DNA from: Candidatus Kaiserbacteria bacterium
GTDB taxonomy: Bacteria > Patescibacteriota > Minisyncoccia > Phycocordibacterales > Phycocordibacteraceae
DNA: 64,000 nt
Direction: 5' to 3'
Assembly: GCA_016217905.1 (NCBI GenBank)
Contig: JACRFL010000013.1
Coordinates: forward strand, 3,184-67,183
Shown here: in pieces, positions 1 through 8,886 of the stretch
Layout of the letters: the number at the start of each line of letters is the position of its first letter
Position numbering within the stretch: the first letter of the stretch is position 1
The notes under the pieces: model-generated
Databases searched by the model: none
What the model saw: only the letters and a program-made list of their open reading frames with translations
What the model was told of the DNA's origin: nothing
Made by a program: the position numbers and the translations under genes

Positions 1-524
1 ACGCGAAAAAGATCTTGAGCGAGCTCGCGGGCTCCGGATTCACGATTGCCATTCTCACCGGCGACCGGAAGGAACACGCCGAAACGATGTTCGCCGGCCT
101 GTCGCTCGACATTCGCGCCGACTGCACGCCAGAAGGGAAATACCGTGTCGTCGAGGAAGCGCGGAAGCGCGGAGAGGTCATCGTCATGATCGGCGACGGA
201 CTCAACGACGCGCCCGCGCTCGCGAAAGCGGACATCGGCATCGTCTTCTCCGGCACCGAGAACAGCGCGTCAATCGAAGCGGCCGATGCCGCCATCCTCG
301 GGCACGATCTCCTGCTCATACAGGAGCTTTTCGCGCTCTCGAAACGCTCCGTGAGCATCGCGCGCGAAAGCGTTTACGCCGGCATCGGCCTCTCGACCGT
401 CGGCATGCTCGCCGCCGCGTTCGGTCTCATCGCACCGGTCGGAGGCGCCGTCATCCAAGAAGGCATCGACGTCATAGTCATCGTACACGCCCTGCGCGCG
501 GCATTCCGGCCGCGCGCGGCATAA
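1..524 (+). CDS. P-type (P1B/heavy-metal-like) cation ATPase, C-terminal fragment; 5' end outside window
   Basis: Frame open to window edge (track ORF 15..524). GDGLNDAPALAKADIGI P-domain hinge motif, then two hydrophobic C-terminal helices. TAA at 522-524. Confidence 0.8.
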   Translation, partial: AKKILSELAGSGFTIAILTGDRKEHAETMFAGLSLDIRADCTPEGKYRVVEEARKRGEVIVMIGDGLNDAPALAKADIGIVFSGTENSASIEAADAAILGHDLLLIQELFALSKRSVSIARESVYAGIGLSTVGMLAAAFGLIAPVGGAVIQEGIDVIVIVHALRAAFRPRAA

Positions 525-615
525 GCAAAAAGATGTTCTCGGCGGCGCGCCCTTACCAACATACGAAGGCCGCGCCGCGCCTTGACGCGTCCTGCGAATG
601 CTATTGTAGAAGCAC

Positions 616-1791
616 GTGACGGTTATGAGCGTACTTTTTTGGGTGAATATTATCGCACTTCTCTTTTCCTTCTTCGTCGTTGGAGCTGTTCTCGGCGCGC
701 TCTTCTCCAAGCCGATACGCGATAAGCTCGCCGGCCTCTTGCGCCTCAAGGAGCTTCGACGCTTCCTTCTTCTCGACCGGTCTCTCCGCAATCCAATCCT
801 CAAGCCCGGGACGCACCCGTGGACGGCCGAGGCGGTCATGAATCCGGCAGCGGCCATCCTCGACGGTCGCACATATCTCATATATCGCGCTATCGGCATA
901 GACGGCGTCTCGCGGCTCGGTCACGCGAGCAGTCCAGATGGCATCGCCTTCGACCGGCGCCTTCCCTATCCGGTCTACGTCGCGAGGAATCCGCACAATC
1001 CCGCGACGCATCTGCGACGCTATTCTCCCGTTTTGTATCCCTCGGGCGGCAGCTGGGGCGGGTGCGAAGACCCGCGCATGGTGGTCATTGAGGGGCGCGT
1101 GTACGTTACATTCAATATGTTCGAGAATTGGAAACTCCGCGTTGCGGCCATAGAAATGGACGTGGATGACTTTCTCGCCGAGCGCTTTACCGCCTGGGAG
1201 GGGCCGACCATACTCTCGCATAGCGACCGGGACAAGAACTGGGTGCTCTTCCCCGAGAAGATCGGCGGGCAGTTCGCCGTCCTTCACAGCATCATCGGCG
1301 ACGATGAATATCACGTACGCATCGAATACGTTGACGACCTCGCAACCCTGGCCACGCGGAAGTTCGCGAGCCCCGACCCGCAGAGGGTCCCCGATACGCC
1401 CGTTGCGTGGCACGTCCACACGCGAAGCGCCGGACCGCCGCCCCTCAAGACCGAGAGGGGGTGGCTCGTCCTCTATCACGCCAACGACGCGAAAGAGGGA
1501 CACCGCTATAAGCTCGGCTCGATGCTCTTAGACCTCACTGAACCGACCAGGGTGCTCTATCGCTCTGCGGCGCCCATTCTCTCTCCGGATGAGCCGTACG
1601 AGAACCACGGCAAGCCCGGCATCGTCTACGCCTGCGGCGCGACCGTCCAGGGCGGAAAACTCTTTGTATACTATGGCGGGGCGGACAAGGTCATCTGCGT
1701 CGCGACCGCGCCGCTTGACGCCTTTCTTGACGCGCTCGTCGCGGGCAGCCAGCCCTCGCTCGCAGCGATGACGCCTGCGCGAACTATATAA
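616..1791 (+). CDS. GH130-family glycoside phosphorylase-like protein with N-terminal membrane anchor
   Basis: 391-aa ORF with an N-terminal hydrophobic helix (VNIIALLFSFFVVGAVLGALF). GGCEDPRMV motif and C-terminal YYGGADKV, as in GH130 beta-propellers. GTG at 616, alternative ATG at 625. Confidence 0.75.
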   Translation: MTVMSVLFWVNIIALLFSFFVVGAVLGALFSKPIRDKLAGLLRLKELRRFLLLDRSLRNPILKPGTHPWTAEAVMNPAAAILDGRTYLIYRAIGIDGVSRLGHASSPDGIAFDRRLPYPVYVARNPHNPATHLRRYSPVLYPSGGSWGGCEDPRMVVIEGRVYVTFNMFENWKLRVAAIEMDVDDFLAERFTAWEGPTILSHSDRDKNWVLFPEKIGGQFAVLHSIIGDDEYHVRIEYVDDLATLATRKFASPDPQRVPDTPVAWHVHTRSAGPPPLKTERGWLVLYHANDAKEGHRYKLGSMLLDLTEPTRVLYRSAAPILSPDEPYENHGKPGIVYACGATVQGGKLFVYYGGADKVICVATAPLDAFLDALVAGSQPSLAAMTPARTI

Positions 1792-1793
1792 CC

Positions 1794-3146
1794 ATGTTCG
1801 TCATCCGCCGAGAGCCGCATAACCCGATCCTCGCGCCGCAGCGCGAGCGCCCGTGGGAGGCGCGCGCCACCTATAACCCTTCCGCCGTGCGTACCGAGGA
1901 TGGCGTACGCCTTTTCTATCGCGCATTCGGGGATCCGGACGCTCTCCAGACGCCCATGGCGGGGCTCTCGACTATCGGCACCGCCTTTGCCGAAGACGGC
2001 GTCCATTTCCATTCACGACAGCAGGTCATCGCTCCTGAGGAGCAGTGGGACATATTCGGCTGCGAGGATCCGCGCGTCACGTTCTTTGAGGGACGCTGGT
2101 ACTGCTTTTATACCGCGCTCGGCGGCTACCCTTTCGGCCCCGACAACATCAAGATCGCGGTCGCTATCGGGGATACGCCCGACAACTTTACCGAACGGCA
2201 CCTCATTACTCCCTTTAATGCAAAAGCGGCGACCCTGTTCCCCGAACGCATCGATGGCGATATCGTGTTACTCCTCACCGCGCACACCGATTGGACGAGC
2301 GAGCACCCGCGGCCGACGATCGCCCTTGCGCGCGCGAAACGGATGGAAGATTTCTTTGATCCAGACTATTGGAATCGGTGGCACGCAATACTCGCCGATC
2401 ATGCACTTCCTGAAATGCGCCGCGGTGATGATGATCATGTTGAAGTCGGCGCTTCTCCCCTTCTCACGCCGCACGGCTGGCTGCTCATCTACTCGTATAT
2501 CCAAAATTACTACGACGAACGCAAACGCATCTTTTCGATCGAAGCGGCGCTCCTCGATCGCGACGATCCACAAAAACTCATTTCGCGTACCGAATCAATA
2601 CTCGTGCCGCAGGAATTTTATGAAGCGTATGGCCTCGTGCCGAACATTGTCTTCCCCACAAGCGCGACGGTCGGTGAAGGCGGCCTCCTCGATATCTGGT
2701 ACGGCGCGGCCGACACCGTCTGCGCGAAGGCGAGCGTGAAGCTTCACGATCTCATGCGCGCGCTTGACCCCGATCGGCCGGCGCGCACTTTCATCCGCGC
2801 GCCGCAGAACCCTATTCTCACGGCGAGGGGAAAAGGCTTTGAAAGCAGAGATGTGTTTAATGCCGCCGCCATCGACCTTAACGGCTCGGTCTACATTCTC
2901 TATCGCGCTATGGATCAGGCGGACACCTCGACCATCGGACTCGCCGTCTCGTCTGACGGCATCGCCATTGACGAACGCTTATCCGAGCCGATATACGTGC
3001 CGCGCGCTGATTTCGAAGCGAAGCGCGGAAATCCTGCGGGCAATTCCGGCTGCGAGGATCCGCGCATCGTGCGCATCGGCGACATGCTCCACATGACTTA
3101 CACCGCCTACGATGGCGTCCACTCGCCCGCCGGCGCGATCTCGTAG
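1794..3146 (+). CDS. Tandem GH130 protein, part 1: one full GH130 domain plus the N-terminal half of a second; ends at an in-frame TAG
   Basis: FGCEDPRVTFFEGRWY (domain 1) and SGCEDPRIVRIGDMLHMTYTAYDG (domain 2). TAG at 3144-3146 is in the same frame as ORF 3153..3710. Confidence 0.7.
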   Translation: MFVIRREPHNPILAPQRERPWEARATYNPSAVRTEDGVRLFYRAFGDPDALQTPMAGLSTIGTAFAEDGVHFHSRQQVIAPEEQWDIFGCEDPRVTFFEGRWYCFYTALGGYPFGPDNIKIAVAIGDTPDNFTERHLITPFNAKAATLFPERIDGDIVLLLTAHTDWTSEHPRPTIALARAKRMEDFFDPDYWNRWHAILADHALPEMRRGDDDHVEVGASPLLTPHGWLLIYSYIQNYYDERKRIFSIEAALLDRDDPQKLISRTESILVPQEFYEAYGLVPNIVFPTSATVGEGGLLDIWYGAADTVCAKASVKLHDLMRALDPDRPARTFIRAPQNPILTARGKGFESRDVFNAAAIDLNGSVYILYRAMDQADTSTIGLAVSSDGIAIDERLSEPIYVPRADFEAKRGNPAGNSGCEDPRIVRIGDMLHMTYTAYDGVHSPAGAIS

Positions 3147-3152
3147 ATAAGC

Positions 3153-3710
3153 GTGAGTGACTTTCTTGCACGCCGATGGCAAATGTGGAGCGCGCCGTTT
3201 TTGCTGACGCCCGACAATGTCGACGACAAAGACCTTGCGCTCCTGCCTGAAAAAATCGGCGCAAACTATCTTCTCTATCATCGCGTGAACAATCAAATCT
3301 GCGCCGATCTCCTACCCGACCTCGCCTCGGGCAAGCGGGTGAGCCGCTGTATCGAGGTGATTGGCCCCAGGCGCGGCATGTGGGACGGAGAGAAGGTCGG
3401 CAGTGCAGCCCCTCCCCTCAAGATCGGAGACAAATGGTTGATGATCTATCACGGCGTCTCGCGCCACGCCACCTACCGTCTCGGTGCCGCGCTGCTTGGA
3501 GCGAATGGTACGACGGTTCTTGCGCGCACCGCCGATCCGATCTTCGAACCGCTTGAAGACTATGAAAAGAGGGGCGAGATTGCGAACGTCGTCTTCTCCT
3601 GCGGCGCTGTCGTTCGCGACGATATGCTCTTTCTCTACTACGGCGCCGCCGACAAGGTCATCGGCGTCGCGACCGCGTCGCTCGCGCACATTCTCGATGC
3701 GCTTTCATAA
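3153..3710 (+). CDS. Tandem GH130 protein, part 2: C-terminal half of the second GH130 domain
   Basis: Same frame as 1794..3146, two codons after the TAG, with only a GTG start. LLPEKIGANYLLYHR and LYYGAADKVIGVATA match the C-terminal half of the 616..1791 paralogue. Confidence 0.6.
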   Translation: MSDFLARRWQMWSAPFLLTPDNVDDKDLALLPEKIGANYLLYHRVNNQICADLLPDLASGKRVSRCIEVIGPRRGMWDGEKVGSAAPPLKIGDKWLMIYHGVSRHATYRLGAALLGANGTTVLARTADPIFEPLEDYEKRGEIANVVFSCGAVVRDDMLFLYYGAADKVIGVATASLAHILDALS

Positions 3711-4453
3711 TGCCACCACTCGTCATTTTCGACCTTGACGGCACGCTCGCGGAAAGCAAGCAACCGATCACGAGCGAGATGGGGATGCTCGTTGCGAAAT
3801 TGCTCGACGTGACGCAGGTCGCGGTCGTCTCTGGCGGCGCGCTTTCCCAATTTTTGAAGCAGGTGGTGGCGAAGCTCCCTCCGGATGCGCGCCTTGAACA
3901 TTTATATCTTCTCCCGACATCTGGCGCCGCGCTCTACGAGTGGCGAGGCGACGCGTGGAGCAAAATATACGAGGAGCGTCTCTCCGAAACGGAAAAAGAA
4001 ACCATCGAGACAGCGATACGTGCGGCGGCGAAGGAGACCGGATGTATCGACTTCTCGAAAAGTGCGTGGGGCGAGCGCATCGAATATCGCGGCGGGCAGG
4101 TGACGCTCTCCGCGCTCGGCCAGCAGGCGCCGCTCGACGAGAAAAAGGCCTGGGACCCCGACCACTCGAAACGTCATGCACTCCACGCCGTGCTGAAAGA
4201 ACGGCTGCCTAACTTTTCGGTGGGCATCGGCGGCGCCACGAGCATCGACATCACAAAACGCGGCGTCGATAAGGCATACGGCATTCGAAAACTCTGCGAA
4301 CGTCTCGGTATTCCGGAATCCGAGGTGCTCTATATCGGCGACGAGCTTGCCTCCGGCGGCAATGACGAGGCGGTCTACAAAACGAACGTGCGTGCGGAAA
4401 ACGTCGGCGGCCCGTCCGATACCGAACGCCTTATCAAAAGCATGGTGAAATAA
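3710..4453 (+). CDS. HAD-IIB hydrolase, eukaryotic-type phosphomannomutase-like
   Basis: FDLDGTLAESK motif I, VAVVSGG, SIDITKRGVDKAYG and GDELASGGNDEAV. The start overlaps the previous TAA by 1 nt (TAATG). Confidence 0.7.
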   Translation: MPPLVIFDLDGTLAESKQPITSEMGMLVAKLLDVTQVAVVSGGALSQFLKQVVAKLPPDARLEHLYLLPTSGAALYEWRGDAWSKIYEERLSETEKETIETAIRAAAKETGCIDFSKSAWGERIEYRGGQVTLSALGQQAPLDEKKAWDPDHSKRHALHAVLKERLPNFSVGIGGATSIDITKRGVDKAYGIRKLCERLGIPESEVLYIGDELASGGNDEAVYKTNVRAENVGGPSDTERLIKSMVK

Positions 4454-4484
4454 TAAATCGATTCGCTTCGCCGCGCGCCGGACA

Positions 4485-6152
4485 CTATTGCGAGCGCATG
4501 AGCCGCACGAGGCGGATGGTTTCGAAGGAGTGGCGGCCGCCAAGAGCGTGGAAAACGGGCGAGAGGCGGTCGCCGCCCTCCGCAAAAAGCGTTTCGTGAA
4601 TCTCCTCAAGCGCGCCCTCCGACACGAGGTGAGCGAAATCCGCGCGCACGAGACGGCCGAGCTCGGCGAGCTCTTCGAGGTGCTTTACAATAGTCGAAGC
4701 GACGAGTCCGCGCGCTTTCGCCGCATCCTTCAGATTTTTTGCATCTCGCACTGCCTGCAGGGTTTCCGCCAATCTTCCCGGCAACCCTGTTTGGTTTTTG
4801 CTTACACCTTTCCCCTTGCCGCTTACGTCTTCAACCGACGCCCCTCCCATCGCTTTGACAAACTTTTTCTGCAGTGCGAGTTTTTCCATCTCGGGCATGT
4901 CTGCGAATGCGTCCCGCGCCGCCTCTGAGGCGGCGCGAAAATCCCTGTCTTTCTCAAGTATTTCCGGATGCACTTCAAGCGCGCGCTCGTTGAGTCCGGT
5001 GAGGTACACCCCCGCAAGCCGCCGCACCCGGGAAAGCGCGACGTACCCCTGTCCGTATTCAAATGCCCTCGAGAGATCCATGATGGCAGCGTCCATGCTC
5101 ATCCCCTGGCTCTTGTGGACCGTCATTGCATAGGAAAGACGCAGCGGTATCTGCGAGATGCTCGCCTTCACCTTCCCCTGCTCTTCGAGTTGCCATTCCA
5201 TCGGCTCGGTGGTGATCTTCACGCCATCTTTCGTCTTTACGATCGGCATCCCGTCCGTATCCCAGCCGGTCACGACGCCGAGAGTCCCGTTGACAAACTT
5301 CCCCTGCGGCGAGTTCTTGGTGAACATTACTGCCGCTCCCTCTTTCAATTCCAACACTTCGGGCGAGAGGCATCCGCGCTTGAGCCCATCCACAAGCGAA
5401 TCCTTCCCCTTCGAGCTCATGCGGAATTTCTTCGCCGTGCCCGGGAGCTTTGCGAGCTCCTCCGCATTGATGCGATCCACGTCCGCGTTATGCGAGAAGA
5501 GCTTCGGCGCGTTCGCGGGAACCGCCGAAGGGTCGGTGTGGTGCCGCATCAACTCCTCGTAGTGCGCCTCCTCGACCTCTCCCGAGCGTATCGCGGAGAG
5601 TACGCCGAGGAATTCGGTGTCGTCTTGCCGGTATTGCTCGGTGAGATAGCAGACGATCGGGTTGAGCTCGCGCCAGAGCTTCGACGCGAACGCGAACGCG
5701 ACTTCGCGGCCTCTTGAGACCGGCGGAAGCTGGAAGAAATCTCCGACGAGAATGGCCGTGAGACCGCCGAATGGCTTGTCCGTGCGTCGCACTTCTCGAC
5801 AGACCGTATCCGCCATCTCAAATGTCGAAGAAGAGAGCATTGAGATCTCCTCGATGATGAGCATCTTTGCTTTCTGGATGCGCCGCGCGACATGCTCTTT
5901 ACTGGCGATGCGGTCGACATCCGCGCGCGAGAGCGACTCCGCGACGCCGATGCCGCTCCAGGAGTGGAGCGTCATGCCCGCGACATGCGTCGCGGCGATG
6001 CCGGTCGCGGCGGTTACCGACGGATCGATACCCGAGGCGCGCAGCCATGCGATGAACTCGTTTATCGTGTGCGTCTTCCCGCTCCCGGGGCTCCCGGTGA
6101 GGTACACGTTCGCGCCGGTCTTCAGTATCGTGAGCGCTTCAGCTTGAGTCAT
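4485..6152 (-). CDS. PIF1/RecD-like ATP-dependent DNA helicase with C-terminal helix-turn-helix tail
   Basis: Walker A LTGSPGSGKTH, LIIEEISM (Walker B-like), TVHKSQGMSMD and GQGYVALSRVR helicase motifs. Confidence 0.8.
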   Translation of the reverse strand: MTQAEALTILKTGANVYLTGSPGSGKTHTINEFIAWLRASGIDPSVTAATGIAATHVAGMTLHSWSGIGVAESLSRADVDRIASKEHVARRIQKAKMLIIEEISMLSSSTFEMADTVCREVRRTDKPFGGLTAILVGDFFQLPPVSRGREVAFAFASKLWRELNPIVCYLTEQYRQDDTEFLGVLSAIRSGEVEEAHYEELMRHHTDPSAVPANAPKLFSHNADVDRINAEELAKLPGTAKKFRMSSKGKDSLVDGLKRGCLSPEVLELKEGAAVMFTKNSPQGKFVNGTLGVVTGWDTDGMPIVKTKDGVKITTEPMEWQLEEQGKVKASISQIPLRLSYAMTVHKSQGMSMDAAIMDLSRAFEYGQGYVALSRVRRLAGVYLTGLNERALEVHPEILEKDRDFRAASEAARDAFADMPEMEKLALQKKFVKAMGGASVEDVSGKGKGVSKNQTGLPGRLAETLQAVRDAKNLKDAAKARGLVASTIVKHLEELAELGRLVRADFAHLVSEGALEEIHETLFAEGGDRLSPVFHALGGRHSFETIRLVRLMRSQ

Positions 6153-6181
6153 CCGAATACTCTACCAGATGCGCGCGGATT

Positions 6182-6721
6182 TCAACGAATGCCGGTGTCG
6201 CAGGAAATGTTTGCTGCGACGTACCCGGTCGGAGGGACGGAGACATCGACTGGCAAACAGCGCGGGAGCGCCTTACCGCCTGACGGGGCCAGCGTGTAGG
6301 AACCGGGAGGAAGCGAAAAGTTGAACGTGCCGCTTGCATCCGAATTCCCGATGATAAACGGCAATTCCGAACCGGCGCGGTACACCGTTATTGCCGCCGC
6401 GTACGGCTTGTCGGCGCACGTATGGTCGGGCGGTATACGAGCGACCGGGCAGGTCGGCCCGAGCATAACCGTCCCGCGTACGCCGGAATTGTAGGGTAAG
6501 ATACCGACTCCGCCCGTGGTGCTTGCGGCGTCTGCCGTGGGACACGGGGCGAATTCACAGTTGGGGCCGGTGCGGCCTACCGAGGAGCCGTCGGGGCAAA
6601 TTTTGGCCTCCTGTGTGCATGCCCGCGGGCCGGGCGCATTCGCCACGCGCGCACCGATTGCCCAAAGAGCAAGAAGAACCGCTATCGCGACGATGCCAAT
6701 AACGAGCGCATACTTCCTCAT
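6182..6721 (-). CDS. Membrane-anchored/secreted Cys-rich hypothetical protein
   Basis: 179-aa ORF with an N-terminal helix (YALVIGIVAIAVLLALWAIG), then a Cys-containing extracytoplasmic region with a beta-sandwich-like C-terminus (GTFNFSLPPGSYTL). Confidence 0.6.
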   Translation of the reverse strand: MRKYALVIGIVAIAVLLALWAIGARVANAPGPRACTQEAKICPDGSSVGRTGPNCEFAPCPTADAASTTGGVGILPYNSGVRGTVMLGPTCPVARIPPDHTCADKPYAAAITVYRAGSELPFIIGNSDASGTFNFSLPPGSYTLAPSGGKALPRCLPVDVSVPPTGYVAANISCDTGIR

Positions 6722-6873
6722 ACCCTAAGCATAGCAGGTTATTTCTGTACCTGGTGTTCAGAACAAAATACATTGACATTGATAGCTCGACGTGTTTGAA
6801 TGTGCCTAACGTCGTTTGTTCATTTTCATTTTGCAGCAGGTTACGACGTTTCCTGCGGGCAAAGGAGAAAGCC

Positions 6874-6972
6874 ATGGAATCAAGCACACATGCAAGACTC
6901 ATCGTACCGCAGGTATACCGACCACGTGCGGGTGAGCGAGATCTTCACCTGACGACCGTTGCAGTTACATAG
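6874..6972 (+). CDS. Candidate 32-aa small protein (MESSTHARLIVPQVYRPRAGERDLHLTTVAVT)
   Basis: AAAGGAG 6 nt upstream of ATG 6874. The TAG stop lies inside a 21-nt perfect palindrome followed by a T-rich tract. Sits in an AT-rich intergenic island. No homology recognised. Confidence 0.25.
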   Translation: MESSTHARLIVPQVYRPRAGERDLHLTTVAVT

Positions 6973-6995
6973 GGCTGCCCTATGTATTTTCTATG
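6966..6995 (+). terminator. Hairpin TACATAGGGC-T-GCCCTATGTA plus T-rich tail
   Basis: Perfect 10-bp arms (6966-6986) followed by TTTTCTATGTATTT. Confidence 0.4.
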
Positions 6996-7045
6996 TATTT
7001 CAAATTGTGCATGCTCTCATTTCCCGATTTTTGATGTCCTAGTTT

Positions 7046-7477
7046 CTACCAAGTTTCTTTTGTCCTAAGATACGTCCGCACGATTTTGACTAGAGAAACG
7101 ATGACGAGAATGATGTAGAGGATGCCGATGACAAGAGCATCGAACGCGCCCGATACTGCGCCGCTGATGCCTATGCCCCCGCCGCCGCCCGCGTTTTGTA
7201 AAAAGAGCGTCACCGCGATAATCACCGGCACCCACCACCGTGCGAATCTCCACCACGCCTGGAAGACTTCGTCTTTCAGGCGATACGTGATGAGGGAGAA
7301 AATGAGAATTGGCACTAAAGGGAACACCGAGACAGCAACAATTTCGTAAGAATCATTGCAAAAAAACCAATTTTTCTGATAACAAGACAGGATTTGGTTC
7401 AAGATAGCCGGAAGAAATAACAAAATGCTTCCAACTATTCCCAGAAACAATACATTCTTTTTTGTATTCATAATCAA
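7046..7477 (-). CDS. Multi-pass membrane protein, hypothetical
   Basis: 143-aa ORF with about four hydrophobic helices. AT-rich codon usage unlike the flanking core genes. Confidence 0.55.
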   Translation of the reverse strand: MIMNTKKNVLFLGIVGSILLFLPAILNQILSCYQKNWFFCNDSYEIVAVSVFPLVPILIFSLITYRLKDEVFQAWWRFARWWVPVIIAVTLFLQNAGGGGGIGISGAVSGAFDALVIGILYIILVIVSLVKIVRTYLRTKETW

Positions 7478-7482
7478 AAAAA

Positions 7483-8886
7483 TTAATAATTCACCTCGAT
7501 CTTCCCCTTATTAGTCGTAAGATCGATGACAGCTAATCCCGGTAAGATTTTCTTGATCTCTCTTTCACTCTTATCTTCTTCGCTCTTTACCTCTTCCTCA
7601 ATCCTTGTCACGTTCTTCTTCGCATCGTAATGACCCTCGATCTTCAGAGTGCCCACTGTTGTTTTTTCTTCAAGCTCTTTAATGGCTTCGGTTTTGTCTG
7701 TGGACCACTCATATTTTAACATCGTCTTAGGGAGCAGTTCCGCAGATATGCCGCTGTATCGGAGCTCTTGGATTTCCAATTTGAGTTCGTGTTTTCCTTG
7801 ATTGAGTTTCTTGAAGACGATCTGCAGTGTGTTGCCGGCTTCGTCGGCAATGGTGGTGCTCGTGGCTGTTGTTAGGACAGTGGTACTGGAGAGATTATCA
7901 GTCCCGATAATCTTAAATTTTTGCGATGCCGGATCGAAAGTCAGGACTGCTTCCGGCGGTGTGATGTCGAACACAATCGTCTTTCCGATTTCCGACTTGA
8001 ACGAGAAGTCGGTCGTGCCATTCCCATCATAGTCGAGAAGAAGAGGTGAGGCGTTTTGGAGGGTGCCGTCGATAAATGTCATAGTCGCTTTGGTGCTTGT
8101 TGCAGACGGGATGGCGGAGAGGGTGCTTGAGGCGATAATGGTATTGCTCCCGTCTATTTCTTGCATATCAAGCGTGAATGAGCCTGTGGCGTAGCCGTCA
8201 AGGTTGAGGGTGAGAGGAGTGTTCTTGGGAACGGTGATCACTTGAACTTCGCCGTAGCGCTTAAAGCGGCCGCCGGGGATGGTGGAAGTGGCAGCATTAA
8301 CGACGTTGCCGAGGTTATCGGTGGCAGAGAGATTGAGAGGCGAGTGGAGAAGGAAGCGGAGACGTTTGTCGGCAACTGCGTCGGTGGCAGGTTGGGTGGT
8401 GAAAATAAATGCCAGTGGTGTTGTTGAGGTGGAATTGGTGAGAATGTTTTGAACCAGCGTGCGGAGTTCGGGGATTTCGAGGATGTCGGCGTGCTTGCGC
8501 GGGACATTTCCATTAAGCCACCATTTATTATAATCCTCCAAATTCACCCAGTACTTCCCCGCTGTCGAAGCAGTCGTTGTCCACAGTGCGCTCGGAACGA
8601 GTACCGTGCCATCTCCTTCCACAACCTCTTTGGGGCTGTAGGTGATTGCCGGAGAGACGGTGCAGGTGCGCACATCTGACATATCACTGCAATACGTTTT
8701 CCTCCCTTCCTGGTATTCAATCGTCGCAAGGGTATCCTCTCCCCACCCGGCGATTTCGTAGAGCTGCACTCCCTGCGGAGGCGCCCACGTATCAAGAGCA
8801 TTATGAACCGCTTCCGCTTTGGAAAGAAGTACCGCATTCCCTACACTCGGGTAGATGAGGTCGCTTGGTGATGATGAAGCGAGACG
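7483..8886 (-). CDS. C-terminal portion of an LCAT/PGAP1-like lipase-type surface protein (track ORF 7483..8769; frame open up to the TGA at 8887)
   Basis: The frame stays open for 39 start-less codons upstream of GTG 8769 and is in phase with ORF 8887..10224. Contains the EGDGTVLVPS Asp-type motif and Thr/Ser-rich beta-domains. Confidence 0.55.
   Translation of the reverse strand, partial: RLASSSPSDLIYPSVGNAVLLSKAEAVHNALDTWAPPQGVQLYEIAGWGEDTLATIEYQEGRKTYCSDMSDVRTCTVSPAITYSPKEVVEGDGTVLVPSALWTTTASTAGKYWVNLEDYNKWWLNGNVPRKHADILEIPELRTLVQNILTNSTSTTPLAFIFTTQPATDAVADKRLRFLLHSPLNLSATDNLGNVVNAATSTIPGGRFKRYGEVQVITVPKNTPLTLNLDGYATGSFTLDMQEIDGSNTIIASSTLSAIPSATSTKATMTFIDGTLQNASPLLLDYDGNGTTDFSFKSEIGKTIVFDITPPEAVLTFDPASQKFKIIGTDNLSSTTVLTTATSTTIADEAGNTLQIVFKKLNQGKHELKLEIQELRYSGISAELLPKTMLKYEWSTDKTEAIKELEEKTTVGTLKIEGHYDAKKNVTRIEEEVKSEEDKSEREIKKILPGLAVIDLTTNKGKIEVNY

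Noticed and set aside
582-610. Sigma70-type promoter upstream of the first GH130 gene (TTGACG at 582-587).
   Set aside because: No acceptable -10 hexamer lies at 16-18-nt spacing, so the support is too weak to report.
4485-6152. PIF1-like helicase (and the PD-(D/E)XK nuclease-like gene at 24001..24843) as part of a mobile element or defence island.
   Set aside because: The two genes are 18 kb apart. Each is flanked by ordinary chromosomal genes. There is no integrase, transposase, terminal repeat or partner defence gene nearby.
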